Positions 24,726 to 37,933 are shown, counted from the whole stretch's first letter. The stretch is 56,692 nt of DNA, filler included, from Diploschistes diacapsis (GCA_023645945.1; 5 parts of 5 records of this genome joined end to end with filler, not necessarily neighbours in it); one strand, 5' to 3'. The notes: a model not told the origin generated them from the letters alone. Made by a program: numbers and translations.

Positions 24726-26084
24726 TCAGTTGGGCGCCCTTTCAGTGACACTACTAAAACCCCTGTCTACCCTGATACCTTTATATTCCTCTTGCTTAAT
24801 GGCTCCCGACTTAACGACAGAGTCGTTGTGGTTGTGCAGTTCATACCATTGATATTTTGCCTCCGAGTTGCTTCCCTTGCTGTTAGACCTCTCGCCCGTG
24901 GACCGTTCCCTGGTGCTTCTAGAGCCGGACGAACCACGGCTCCGCAGCGAAAGGAAAGAGCGAAATCTTGCGACGAACGACTCGGTGGACGATCCTTTGT
25001 TGAAGAGAGGCCGCAGTGTGGGCAAGCACGCGGCCGTGCACGAAACGCTTGCTTCTACCGGATACCACTCGACCAACACGTAGATTGCGGCTGTTTTGGA
25101 ATCAGTCATGCATCACATGGACGGTAGGTAATGTTCCTGCATACATGCATTGGTTGCGATCTCGCCACCGCCCGATCCTTTCGGTCCTTTGAGGAAGAGG
25201 TATTGATAGTAGAGGCGCATTGCTGACCCAATGCACGCTCTGGATAAAGACAAAAATTAGCGGGCGCTTAGCTTAATTGGGAAGAGGAGACAATAGTACA
25301 TGAATCCAAGGAAAAAGACGCCAAGCAGCAGCAACTTCTTTCGTGTCGGCATATGGAGTTTCCAGATAGGAAATATGGGAAGACATAAAATAGCAATATC
25401 AAGCAGAAGATCGAGGACAGAAGTTGTCGCCAGAAAGACCGGATAGGCTATAATGAAGTTGGAATCATCCTGGTCCAGTCTCCAACTGTCGGATATTGGC
25501 CACTGTCCGAAAATCTGACCCTGTATATCAAATTAGGGTCTGTGATGATTGAACCAAGGGTGATTTACACTTACAACAAGCGCACCAGCTGTCCAAAGCA
25601 CCATGAGCACAATGAAAACGTCGATAACTATGCGGAAGGACCGGACCGTAAAGATACGACGGTAAAAGAACAGGATAGAGAGCTTGATAAGTCCCAGTGC
25701 CGCAAACGAAATCAGTGGACCGACGTAGAGGATCTGTCGTGGTTCATAAGGTTGGCAATTCGACCAGCTCGAGGCACTTACTTTTTCGAAGCCTACAGTC
25801 TGGTCCGGGGTCATTTTGGACAGCGGCGGTCCAAGGCAGCCCGTGACTGCTCCATAAATGAGTGCTATACCGATACAAAGACTGAAAATCTATTGAACTC
25901 GTTAGGAAGTACAGAAATGGAGTGCGCATACCCTTACGCCGCCTATAAGTATTAACCAGTCATCGATGCCGATGTAATTGGATTTTGTCCTCCTAGCCAC
26001 GAATCTTAGAATCACAGGGGTCGTGGAGAGGATGCGCAGCACACAGCCAAGCGCAATGAGAACATTCCGCTCTGAATCATACAT
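24726..26084 (-). CDS. PTH11-like rhodopsin-domain integral membrane protein (6 exons, appears intact)
   Basis: Segments VILRFVARR..IGIDDWLIL, LGLIKLSILFFYRRIF, LLLDIAILCLPIFPIWKLHMPTRKK and VEASVSCTAACLPTLRPLF are joined in frame by five GT-AG introns. Confidence 0.85.
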
Positions 26085-26832
26085 GTTGTCTCCAAGCCCT
26101 GCAAAACAAGGCACCAAGGCAAAAATTCTGGAAGGATGGCCTATGTGAAGCTTTCATATTCGAGAAAGGGAAGACACAGACATACGAGGGCTTTGGAAGC
26201 GAAAGACGGTCTCTGGAACAGTAGTCGGAGCAGGCCAAACGAGTGAAGAAAAGTAGAATACCCATTGCGCGAGGAAAGCCAAGGGCGTGGTGTGCCTGAC
26301 CTGACACAAGAGGCACAACGTTGCAGCTCAATCCTCACACAACCTCGCCTGTTTGACCACTTCGTCTCGTGAACAACGGCGTGGGTGCCTGCCTGCCTGC
26401 TCGCAAGGAAACATTCGTGCAGGAAGACCCAGAGATTCACCTCGATGCCGGGCAGCGAATCGGCATCGAAGAGAAGAATGAGGCATCACGCATGTCGATG
26501 ACTTGATATCTAGGAATTTTTCTCTTTGGTTACAGCAGGCTGTATTGGACTTTTTCGAGTTACACGTAAGTGTCGCGATAAGATTTCGATCTTGATGAGC
26601 TCACCCTCTTCCAGGCCAGAGCAACCTGGGTATCTTATAGCACACAGCGAATGGTAACACTGGTCTATAGAATCAGCACCCATAAGCTTCCCTTCCTTAA
26701 CTGGTCTCTGCTGCCTCTTATAGATCTCAATGGTGTATATATACCTTCCACCACCTACTATCTTTGCAAAGGAGTAAACTGTCATCCGCCAGATACACTT
26801 ATGCTCTAGGCTGACTCGTTTACTCGATTAAC

Positions 26833-27243
26833 ATGAGCGACACCGAGATCAGAGTTCTTGCCCTTCATGGCCACGGCTCTAATGCCAAGGCGAGCTTTGC
26901 TAAATCTCAGTTATAAGGCCCAACTAATTTTTTGGCAGATCTATCAAGCTCAGACCGGTCGGTGCTATTATACTGTTTGATATTCATCTCTAACTGTATC
27001 AGCGGCCCCAAGGCATGAGTTGGGTGATCGTTTTGAATGGGTATTCGTAGAGGGATCAATCCCCAGTCCCATGGCGCCAGGTTTGTTGCAACTCTGTTTT
27101 CAGTTCTTCTAGCTAACTTTCCGTAGAGCTTAGAGTTCCACCATGAGCCGGAAGACTGCTTCTCCTTCTTCGATCCTGCAGTGCCCCAGACCAGGGCAAA
27201 AGCCGTTCAGGACCTGAAGAACTATGACAAGGACGAAGGACCA
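26833..27243 (+). pseudogene. 5' fragment of FSH1-family serine hydrolase/esterase (LovG-like)
   Basis: It reads MSDTEIRVLALHGHGSNAK|IYQAQT|..RHELGDRFEWVFVEG..|..SFFDP..AVQDLKNYDKDEGP, then homology stops before the catalytic GFSQG motif. There is also an internal frameshift/stop at ~27140. Confidence 0.75.
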
Positions 27244-27539
27244 GTAGTTAGGTCCCCCGCCAATTCTCACCAAAATCATCGACCCGAATATCTTCCCCAG
27301 AAACGTGCCAAATCGAAAATTTAAAACATGATAAAGAACTTTAAGAGCGGTCATATGTAAGAGATTTTTTTCCGAATCGTTTAAAATTTTCCTTGAGTTC
27401 CTAATATGGGGCTAAACATTTGCAAAAATTGCGCAATGACTGACGGCACGGCATAGGCCGCAGATCTGCGAACCGTTCCTACACCCTCTCAATGCCATCC
27501 TGCAGCAAGCACGAACAGCCCACCACTTCACCTGACAAC

Positions 27540-28833
27540 TCAGTCTACTGCATACTCCACTTCTTGGCCACCTCGCTTCTTCTGCATCGCTGACGAGATA
27601 GAAATGGATCTAGAGGCTTCATCGGGAAGAAGAAAGCCTAGAAGTAAGGACACTGTTCAAGACACTGGTGATCATCGCCAGCGAAACGACAGATCCTAGC
27701 ATCCGAAATTGCACAATAGTCCCTGTCGCGACAGCTTGTTTAAATCAGTGACGTTCAAGTGACTTGGTTTGTGAAAACATACCCAATTCCTGGGCATCCA
27801 CAGCATATGGGGTTGCGACAACCAAAACGCTAAATGAGAGACCTATGCCGAGAGAAACCACTGCTTCTAGTATTAATTGGGCCGCGGATTGCAATCCAAA
27901 GCCCGGAGAGACAGTCAAGATTGTGAAGCCAATGAGCTGAATCACGGAGCCAATAAACAGGATGGTAATTGCATAGGTTCTGGTTGTGCTCGCGAGGACG
28001 TTCACAACAAAAGCGGTCAAGGAATTGCCAAGGGAAAATGGCAGCAGACGCAAGCCAGCACTTAAGGCTGATGAGTTCGTCCTCAATCTGGAATCTTTGT
28101 GGCAGGTCCAAAGACATGATTGATATAGAGCATCCAATCAAGATGGCCAATCTGCCATTGTTAGCTTGCGGTCGTGTCTGCATGAATTTGGTCGCAATCA
28201 TTGTACTAACAGTAGCATGACCATCCAGACTCTATTGTGTACAAAAGACCAAGGGAAGACAGGCTCTCTAGCGCCTCCTTTTCTCGTCAAGTATCTTTCG
28301 TACATAAGAAATGCTGACAGAGCCAGACTAAATAAGACTAAGAGGCATATTACGGTCGGCGAAGACCACGTTAAGATGGTGTTCACACTGGGGGGGGGGT
28401 ATCGACACGAAAAACGAAGCGGCAAGGAGGAGAACGAATCCGACAAAATCGATTTTGTTAAACAGAAAGCCAGCTACCTCCCAATAAGACAATGATCCTT
28501 CCAAAACGGGCGGCTGGCCATATGGCAAAGTAGACGGCAGTAGGAGAAGAAGAGCTCCAAGGGATGACGCGGCGAGCGGCACGCTATGAAGGTCTTCAGA
28601 CTTCTGTGCTTCATTGGGAGCACGGATACTTACTTCAGAAGGAAAAGCCAGCGCCAGGTTGACAAAGTGGATATTATTCCACCGAGCGCCAGCAGTCGCC
28701 AATGCTATGGAGAAGAATATTATGCTGCCGTATAGAGAATATTTTGACTTCGGAACCGATTCAACCATGATAATCATGGCAAGTTAAAAACTCCCCGAGC
28801 CTCCTAAGCCTTGCAAAGCTCGACACACGATCC
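27540..28833 (-). pseudogene. MFS drug-efflux (DHA2-like) transporter, 5'-truncated and disrupted
   Basis: Fragments include IVCRALQGLGGSGSF*LAMII, KIDFVGFVLLLAAS, REPVFPW, LPQRFQI, AGLRLLPF and ATGTIVQFRMLGS. It has an in-frame TAA, frameshifts (e.g. G-run ~28390) and internal deletions, and no N-terminal exons. Confidence 0.8.
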
Positions 28834-28854
28834 TGAACACCCTCGATTAGCAAG

Positions 28855-31800
28855 CTAATTCTACTGCTTTGCAAGCGCTTGCAACCATTTCTTCCGAAGA
28901 GTCAGATCCGAGAACAGCTGATGTTCTTGCTTTTGAATCTTCTGGGGAGATCCCATTGCTTCAGATACATAAGCTCTCACTATCTTCCATAGACGATACG
29001 AGAACTCAAGTCGTGCCTAGGAGCTTGCATTGTCATAAGGTCGATTGGAAGCCAGATTTGAGCGTACTTGACGCCGCCCAGGTATCGCAACTCTGCCAGG
29101 TCGAGCAAGAACCGAACCAAGATCTCACTGACGGTTTAGCCGCATTAGACAATATTATCGGTCGTCTGATGCGAAAAACAGTGTTTGGGCTCGCTGGCAT
29201 CGAGCTACAGAATCTCTCAGAGCCCATGCGCCTCTATTCGCGGTGGTTACGCCAAGAACATCTGACATCTGCAAGACAAGACCAGTCCTCGACCTATGAG
29301 GAAAGTGTGACTATTGACTCCCAAGAAAAGCAATTGCAAGCACTTATGAAGGCAGACGAAACTCAGAGAAATCGATTGAAAGCGACTCTCCAAGTGGGTC
29401 AGAATCTGCCTCAGATCATCAAGAGCGAACTCGATCTGCATTCCGTCCTTCAGGCGAATAATCTGACATTACCCTCAAGCCGAGGACCAGTGTCTGATAA
29501 ATACAGCTTTCAAGCGGCGAGACAATACTTGCGCCAAATGGTGCACAAAGCTCCCGACATGAAGATTATTGAGGTGGGGAGTAGCATGGGAACCATGACA
29601 GAAGCATTACTGCCAGCGTTCATGGCGACCCCTGAGAATGGGTCAGACATTGATCACGCAGGCTATGATCAGATCTGTTACACTAATGTAGACCAAGCCT
29701 TGCTAGCAGCCGCAGAGTCGAGGCTGAAAACACTTCCAAATATCAATTTTGAAATACTTGACATTGGTCGCAGTCCCAAAGAGCAAGGCTTTGAGCCCGA
29801 GACGTACGATATACTTTTTGCCTCCCACCTCCTCGAGCGAGAGCCTCGCACTCATCAAATCCTGAAGCACGTGCTTTCGCTGATGAAGCCCGGTGGAAAG
29901 CTTCTGCTATCAGAAAACACGAATAATCTATGTCGGGTCAACTTCGTGAACGGATTACTACCAGAGTGGTGGAAACCAGGCCCTACGCCAACGGAGATTT
30001 CAGCTCCGTGCTTGTCACTCCAGGACTGGAACTCAAGGCTGGCAGACACCGGCTTCTCCGGCACCGAGGTTGTTTTTAGAGATCACGATGACGAACGATG
30101 CCACGAAACATCGATCATTGTTTCATCAAAGCTAAGATCGGTGCCGGATGTCTCGCCAAACTCAACAGCCAAGCTTCTGATCGAATCTAAAGATGCCGAA
30201 GTGCAAGATATCAGCACCAGGCTGGGAACTTGCGGTATTGATATCAGTGGAATCGTGTACCTTGAAGACCTTGTCCAGGGCTCTAGCCTGCAAGACACCA
30301 TTTTCGTCTCGCTGCTCGAGCTGAACCAGCCGTTCATTAGGGATTGTACTCCTTCCGGCTTTTCGCAATTGCAACACCTGTTCAAAAACGCCAAAGGCAT
30401 CGTCTGGCTCACTCAATGCGGGGACAAAGTCGATCCCGCTTTCGCCATCATTGACGGCCTGGCCAAATCCGCAAGGCTCGAAGATCCCAAACTGACACTG
30501 GTCACCGTCGCACTGGAACTGCAAGAAGGGCTCGGTATCTCCGACAGGCAGCTGAGCTACATCTCCAAGATCTTGAAAGCGACGAGCTTCGAGATTAACA
30601 GCAACCTCAACGACATGACGTACAAGGAAATTAACGGTTCGATGTGCATAGGAAGGCTTCGGTACGACCAAGCCTTGGACCCTATCGCCCAGAACTGGCA
30701 GGGACCAGCGCAGGAAGAGATCACGAGTTTTGACCGGAGCACACCGCTGAAGTTAGAGGTGGAGAGTCTAACTCATAATGAGCCCGCTGTCCTGCAGCAA
30801 GAGTCCACAGAATCTCGTCTAACACTGCCAAATCTGTTGGACATCGATGTCCATGCCTATGATTTCTCCTCCAAGAGTCCGTCAAGCTTGTCCAAGGAAT
30901 CGGTTCTTGGATTTGCCGGTGTAGTAAAGAGAGTGGGCGCCACATGCGAGGGTTTCGAACCTGGAGAACGAGTCTGTGGCATTGGCAACTTGGTCTTCTC
31001 TAGTCTTATCCAGGTTGACTACCGCTGCTGCGCCAAGATTCCAGACTCGCTAACTTTCGCGGATGCTGCCCTGATTCCACAGGCATTTCTTACCGCATAC
31101 TTTGTCTTCCAGCTGGCGAGTATTGATGAGAACGATGCTTTGCTCGTGCAACGCGCGGCAAGCGTCCTCGGCCAGGCAGTGATTCAAATCGCGATACAAC
31201 GCGGGCTCAAGTCGATACTCGGGACCGTTGGTTCGGCGGAAGAGAGAGCGCTCTTAGAAATGGAGTGTCATATTCCTTCGACTGATCTTTACTCGGACAT
31301 CTTGTTCCTGACCAGTAACAAGTGGGCAGCTCGGAAAGATTTCGAGAATCTATCGACATCCAATATCAATGTAATTGTAAATGCTTTGCCAAGCGTCAGT
31401 TTGGAGTCTTCGTTTGAGTGCGTCGATTTTTTTGGACGAGTGGTGGACATTACAGGACAGCAATCCCGTGGGGACTCTGTTCATCTGAGGAAGGCGCAGA
31501 GCAAAGGCGTTTCTTTCTCTTCCTTTGACCTATCACAATGGATTCAACACAGACCAAAGTACCTTCAAAAAGGTTTGAAACACGTGATGGAGCTATTTTC
31601 GTCCCAGAGGGTCAGCCCACTTCGAGGAATTAGGAAAGCATATTTATCAGACATTCATCAAATTTTGTCACGTCCTGAAAGGGATCAGGAGCTAGATCGA
31701 ATTGTCATTGAGATGAGGATAGAGCAGCCTCTCAAGGTGAGTTCAGACAAAGGTATCTGTAACTTCGCTGGCGTTGCTCATAGATCATTCGAGCCCCTAA

Positions 31801-33017
31801 GCATGGTCATCGGCTCAACGCAGAGACCACCTATGTGATAGCAGGTGGTTTGGGAGGCATTGGGCGCTCTATTGCACAGTGGATGGTAGGCGAGGGCGCA
31901 CAAAACCTGGTACTCTTATCTCGGTCTGGATTGGAAACGGCGGGAGCTCCGGCTTTTTTTGAGAGCTTGACAAGTCGAGGTGCCATCGTGAAGACTCCTC
32001 CTTGCGATATAAGCAGTCTCGAGTCCGTGAGAAGTGTGTTAGCGGATCTTGAAGGTCTTCTGCCTCCCATTAGAGGTTTCATTCACGCGGCAGTTGCTTT
32101 CCGGGTGAGTGCAAACGTTTCAAATCGATGAATTTATGTTACTGAACTTTTCATAGGACGATACCTTCTATCAGATGTCCCACTATGACTGGAAGATGGT
32201 AACGAAGGCAAAGGTACAGGGAGCCTGGAATCTACACCGAACACTGCCGCGCGACTTGGACTTCTTCGTCATGCTCTTCTCCATCGTCAGCATCGGGGGC
32301 AACTTCGGGCAGTCCAACTATGGCGCAGGCAACGCGTATCTCGACGCGATGGTTGCGTATCGGAACTCTCGAGGCCAGAAAGCAGCAGCCATCAACTTCG
32401 GGCCCTTCCGGAGCACAGGATATATTGCGAAGAACAAGTACGCCCTGGACGCGACGCTCAGGCTGGGTTACTTTGGAGAAGTAAGCGAGCCACAACTATT
32501 CGCTCTTCTAGGCCACTACTGCGATCCCACGAGTACGACCCTAAACCCAGCGCTGAACCAGGCTATCGTTGGTTTCACGAAACCACAGGCTACTATCCTC
32601 AAGCGTTACCGGGAAGGGGGAACAGCCTTGAGCGTAGCAGTCATGCGGCACTTCCTACATTCTCACGGCTCGGGCCCTGCGGAGGATCAGGCGGTTGCTG
32701 CTCCTTCGACGTCCCCTAAGGGCACCAGTAGTGCTAGACATGACTTCATCGCTGCCGAAACAAGCACCGACGCAGCTGCAGTCGTAGCGGCGGCTTTCGC
32801 TGCGAAACTTGCGGTTAACGTAGCCACTCAAGGGCCTATAGACCATCAGTTGCCAATTCATTCTTATGGCATCGACTCCATAACGTCCTCGACACTTCGT
32901 GGTTGGATTGCGGCCGAGTTTGCCGCTGAAGTGTCCGTTTTTGAGATCACGGGCGGCGGTTCGGTTGCCGATCTTGCAAGGACGATTGCTTTGAACAGTC
33001 CGCTTAGGGGGCGTTAG
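28855..33017 (+). CDS. Highly reducing polyketide synthase, 3' part only (end of DH, pseudo-cMT, degenerate ER, KR, ACP); introns 31737-31783, 32105-32156
   Basis: It shows post-DH VDWKPDL, cMT-like MKIIEVGSSMGTMT / QGFEPETYDILFASH / LMKPGGKLLL, ER-like FEPGERV and LLVQRAASVLGQAVIQIA, KR YVIAGGLGGIGRSIAQWM..GQSNYGAGN and ACP YGIDS. There is no KS or AT, and an in-frame TAG lies at 28848. Confidence 0.9.
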
Positions 33018-33999
33018 ATCGAGGTCGTGTGGGAGCAGAGGCTTTGTCACGTCTTTATACTTGTATCCGTGTCTAGGTGCATATTATTCTTCACTAAGCA
33101 GCTAGCGGTCCAACTTTCGATAATTGCAACCTCTTATCAGTGGATCGTAATGATTACTCCCTCATGCCGAAGAGACCATTCGCAGACCAGCGATATCAAG
33201 CCTCTTTCCACTTCTTAGCCTGCCGCCGAATATTTATTACGGTCTGCTGATTGGGATTCGATACTCCAACTCCCCAATCCCTAGTTCCTCCTCCTCATTC
33301 CCATACAAAGATTTCAATATATCGCAGCCACGGGAGCCACGACCCATCTACAGCGGGGACCGCGCTTCTTTAAGCCGCGAACAAGAATATCTCACTCTCC
33401 GCAGCTAATACAGCTCAGCACCCACTGCTCTAGCGCGCTGCAATTCTAGCAGGAGAAAGGAGCGAGCTGTAGCACAAGATGGCGAGTCAAATTTTGATTC
33501 TGCGTTGTTTCAACTTTCATGGAAAGGAAAAAAAGAGAGGGAAGAAAATTTAGGGAGGATATTGTATATGGTAGGGCAGGGGGTGGGAGCTAGTGCGGTC
33601 GTAGGGCTGAGAGATTCGGCCAATAATGATGGGCGTGGAGCTCTCTGTTGGATATAGACAGTAGCCGTGTGGGCGGAGAGTTTCGGGCAACGGTGGTCAC
33701 CAACTACTACGTATGAGAGCTTCGGGAGCTTTCTACATCTATCCTCTAAAGCACTTGGAGACGGGTTTTGTAGATACGATCGTCAACGCCTCCCCCTTCC
33801 TGTGGTATCCCAACATGTGCCTAAAGTACTCCTTCCATGCTCGCCAACCTCATATCCCACAGCATTCAACTTCTCTCCCTCCCCACTCTTATTCCTCTAT
33901 CCCCCTCAAACAAACATCACAGCCTCTCCAATCCAACCCCCAACTCCTCCCTCAGCAACGCACTCAACCGACTCCCATCCCTCAAATACACCCACTCCC

Positions 34000-34099
34000 N
34001 NNNNNNNNNNNNNNNNNNNNNNNNNNNNNNNNNNNNNNNNNNNTTAATTAATTAANNNNNNNNNNNNNNNNNNNNNNNNNNNNNNNNNNNNNNNNNNNN
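34000..34099. other. Artificial contig linker
   Basis: Ns + TTAATTAATTAA. Confidence 0.99.
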
Positions 34100-36019
34100 T
34101 CCCCCTCCAGTCCACACCCACTCTCTCACCCCCTTCCTCCTCATCCCGCACCCTCGCGCTGACCGCCGCCCGCCACTGCCTAACGGCCTCCTCCTCCTCG
34201 ATCCTAATCTTCTCGTTCCACGCCTCCTCACCCCTCTGCACCGCGCTCTTCACGGGCTCCTCGTTCTCTTTCGCACCGGCCACCGCTCCCGTATTCGATC
34301 TCCCACGAAAGACTTTTATTTTGGGAAGCCATTTCCTCTGGCCCTTTTCGCCGCTCGATTTGACGGCCACAGAAAACGTGGCTCGCTCTTCACCTTCTCT
34401 CGTTTCGCCCTCACTGTCATCCTGAGTGGAAGCCCTCGTAGAAGCGCCTCCTCCAGCCCTCCATCTCCTCGGCAGCACGTACCAACCCCCCACCAACACC
34501 GCGGCCCCCATCGCCGCGCAGCCCGTCAACAGCACCACGCCGGCGAACTTCCCATCCGCACCATATCCATCCATCTTCCCCTGCCCGACGCCCAGCAGCG
34601 CCGAGCTAACGGGACCAGCAACGAGAACGCCCACACCCTTCTGGAAGCTGAAGAGGCCGAACGTAGCCAGGACGCCGGACGGCGAAGTGGGGGAGAGCAC
34701 GGTGCCCATGCGAGCCCAAAGAACGGTGTGGCCGTTGGCCGCGAAGCCGAAGAGCAGGGCGAAGAAGATCAGAGGGAGTAGAGAAGTGCTGAGGCCCCAG
34801 AGGGTGAAGGCCGCGAGGGAGGAGAGGAGGGAGGAGGTGACGAGGAGGGCGTTCAGGGGGATGCGGGGGATGCATGATCGTGTGTGGGTGCGCGTTACGG
34901 TGGAGGCGAAGGCGGAGGAGAGGTCGGAGAGGAGGCCGAAGGTGAGTTGGCCGAGGACTTGCCCGACGGCTAGGAGAGCGAGAAGCAGGGCGCCAATTGT
35001 GGGCGAGAGGGAGACGGCGGCGGCGTACTGTGGGAGGAAGATTGTTGGGAGGAAGAGGGCGAGGGAGTGGGCTGTGTTGTTGAGGGTGTAGAGGTAGAAG
35101 AGGGGTTGGCGGAGGAAGGAGAGGTTGAGGGTCGATGTAGTGGGGAGGTGGGAGGCGGGAAGGCGGGGTTTGAGGAGCAAGAGGACCGGGCCCGTGACGA
35201 CGGTTAGTATGAGCGCGAAGATACGTAAAGTGGTGGCGTGGCCGACTTTGGAAAGTAGAGAGGAGGTGAGGAAAGGGAGGCCGATGCCTGTGAGGCCCGT
35301 TGAAGCGGTGACGATCCCGTATGCAAGACCGCGGCGTTCGATGAACCATTCGTTTATTATGCTCATTAGAGGTAGGTAGAGAATTAGTTCGCCGAGGGAG
35401 TACATGATTCCCTGCGTGGCGATCAGGGCCGGGAGGGTTGTAGCAAAGGAAGAAGACAGTAGAGAGATGATGCAGAGGGGCCAGCCTGCCCAGATCATTT
35501 GCCGTCTGTAGCGCGGAAACTTCTCGGTCAGGTAAGTCATTAGTGGGGCGCCGAGGAAGAAGATGCCCGTTTGGGTGACACCGACGAGAGGGAGGTAGGT
35601 GGAGGACTTAAAGGGGCTGTTGGACGTCGTGCAGTAATAGTTTTGGAACACTCCATAGGAGAGAGGAAAGCCTGTAGATGTCAGTAAGCGGGCATAGCAT
35701 TTGCTGCCAATGAGGGCTCACCCCATATCAGCGCCTCAAAGACAAAAGCGGCGGCGAGTATCGACCATGCCTTAAAGCCATGATCCACTGGTGGCAGCTC
35801 GGGCTCTCTCGACCTCTCCTTCACTGGTGTCTGGTAAGCCTCCCCACCCCACGGGTTAACGGTCTCGTCTTCATCCGGTGCAACTTTCGGCTCTTGGTTC
35901 CCAAGTGTGCTGGTACTGTCTGCAGAGCCATATCGATCCCTCACAAAGAGTGGTGCCACAGGCGCTGCCCGGAATGGCGATTGAGGACCAGCCTGGAATC
36001 CGGACTCCAGCGGATTCAT
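34100..36019 (-). CDS. MFS monocarboxylate-porter (MCH-like) transporter; intron ~35672-35720; extreme 3' end off-contig
   Basis: Motifs are LPPVDHGFKAWSILAAAFVFEALIWG|FPLSYGVFQNYY, LIATQGIMYSLG, INEWFIERRGLAYG and GQLTFGLLSD, with about 12 hydrophobic segments. Confidence 0.9.
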
Positions 36020-36820
36020 GATGAATTACAATTATGTATATTAGAAACAGGTATGTTAAGAAATGAAAATATACGTCACCAGGACGCCGGGTTAAGGATG
36101 GCAAGGCGGCGGAGGAAAGAAAGAGGGACTGGGTGCTGCAGCACTTTTCTAGTCCTGGCTCACCTGTGTTCGAGGCCATTATTGCTACGTCAAGCAACAG
36201 CAAGGAAAACAAAAGACCAACCACAAACGACCCACTATGCACTTAGTGATGATCATTCCGCTGAGCGGGCCACAGTATACGTGTACTGGAGCTCTTGAGT
36301 ATGGGAAGAACAGCGACTGCGGCCGTGTTGGGGCGTATCATGGTTGTGTGTTGGACGTTGGATCACCAAATATGGGTTTAGCTAGCTTCCGAGGACTTTC
36401 CGGAGATAGAGATTTCTGGGCGCTCACACCAACATTGAAGATATATCTCGAAGCTGATCTGCCATCAGCCCGCTGTTGTCGATGCAAGGGATCATGACAA
36501 ACTGGAAAAGCTCGAAAAGAAAAAAGAGCTTGTGGCAAGCGCGGCTATTTGAGGATGGGGGTAAAATTTTGAACTACTTTTTCAACATTGAAGGTGCGAG
36601 CCATGGGTATCATATTAGGTAAGCGGCTCGGCAGTGAGTCAGCAATATCGGAGCTTAATGGCTTCGGCTTTCCGAGAGCTAGCCGGTACCTATTAAAAGC
36701 TGAGGAGTAAAGGACATGTTTTTTGCAATAGAGAGTTTTCTAAGAAGGTATTCGAGTCACCGAAGCTCTAGTAGAGCTTGCTGGATCGATCCTACAGCAA
36801 TACGAAAATCGTAGATTGGA

Positions 36821-37933
36821 ATGGCATCTCCGCAAATTGCATACTTAGTCGTCGGAGGCTGCGGATTTCTCGGTCACCACATTGTCTCACAGCTCCTCGA
36901 TACACACACAGCGCAGGTCTCTGTGCTTGATTTGCGAAGTGACAGAAATCGCCTTCCAGGCGTACGATATCACAACGCCGACCTTGCCTCTGCAAACGAA
37001 GTCCTGAATGTCCTGCAGGAAGTCCAACCTGCGGTAATAATCCACACAGCTTCGCCGCTAGCTGTCAACGACAACAGACCACTATTCGAAAAGGTTAATA
37101 TACAGGGCACTCGAACCCTACTCGATTGCGCCATCAAGGTCGGAACCGTTAAAGCATTCGTCTTCACCTCTAGCTCGTCAGTTGTGCACGACAGCATCAG
37201 TGACCTCAACTTCGCCGACGAATCCTATCCGGTGCTTCGATACCCTCAACAGCGCTCATACTACTCGCACACCAAAGGGATAGCTGAAGAGATCGTGCTC
37301 GCGGCCAACAGGAAAGATGGAGGTATGCTAACCGTCTCCATTCGGCCAGCAGGCATATTTGGCGAGGGGGACAACCAATTCCTACCAGCTTTACTTGAGG
37401 CCTACCACACTGGCAAGACGAATGTGCAGCTTGGCAGCAACCGAAACAGGTTCGACACCACGTACGTCGGCAACGTTGCGCATGCGCATCTTCTAGCTGC
37501 GAGAGCCCTGCTGCAGACGCATGCCATGGGTGTTCAGCCCCTCGACCACGAGAAAATAGATGGAGAAGCCTTCTTCGTGACAAACGATGAGCCAATGTTC
37601 TTTTGGGACTTTGCGCGTACGGTATGGAGGGAAGCCGGGTGGAAAGGCAAGGCCGAGGATGCGTGGGTGATGCCGAAGAACGTCGGGCTGGTGATCGCGA
37701 CACTGTTGGAATGGATATACTGGATCATCTTTTTCGGTGCAAAGCAGCCGCTTTTCAAGCGATCCTCTGTCCAATTCAGTTGCATCAACCGCACGTTCAA
37801 CATTGACAAAGCGAAGAGAAGACTCGGGTATATGCCATTATTGGCAACCAAGGATGGGATCAAAAGGGGGGTGAAATGGTTCGACGCTCAGCAACGAGAC
37901 AAGGAGAGGCTTGGCGAAAAGAAGACGAAATGA
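36821..37933 (+). CDS. ERG26: Sterol-4-alpha-carboxylate 3-dehydrogenase (C-3 sterol dehydrogenase)
   Basis: Intronless 370 aa with LVVGGCGFLGHHIV, IIHTASP, FVFTSSSSVV, YSHTKGIAE (YxxxK), SIRPAGIFGEGD, TYVGNVAHAH and GEAFFVTNDEPMFFWDF. Confidence 0.9.
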   Translation: MASPQIAYLVVGGCGFLGHHIVSQLLDTHTAQVSVLDLRSDRNRLPGVRYHNADLASANEVLNVLQEVQPAVIIHTASPLAVNDNRPLFEKVNIQGTRTLLDCAIKVGTVKAFVFTSSSSVVHDSISDLNFADESYPVLRYPQQRSYYSHTKGIAEEIVLAANRKDGGMLTVSIRPAGIFGEGDNQFLPALLEAYHTGKTNVQLGSNRNRFDTTYVGNVAHAHLLAARALLQTHAMGVQPLDHEKIDGEAFFVTNDEPMFFWDFARTVWREAGWKGKAEDAWVMPKNVGLVIATLLEWIYWIIFFGAKQPLFKRSSVQFSCINRTFNIDKAKRRLGYMPLLATKDGIKRGVKWFDAQQRDKERLGEKKTK

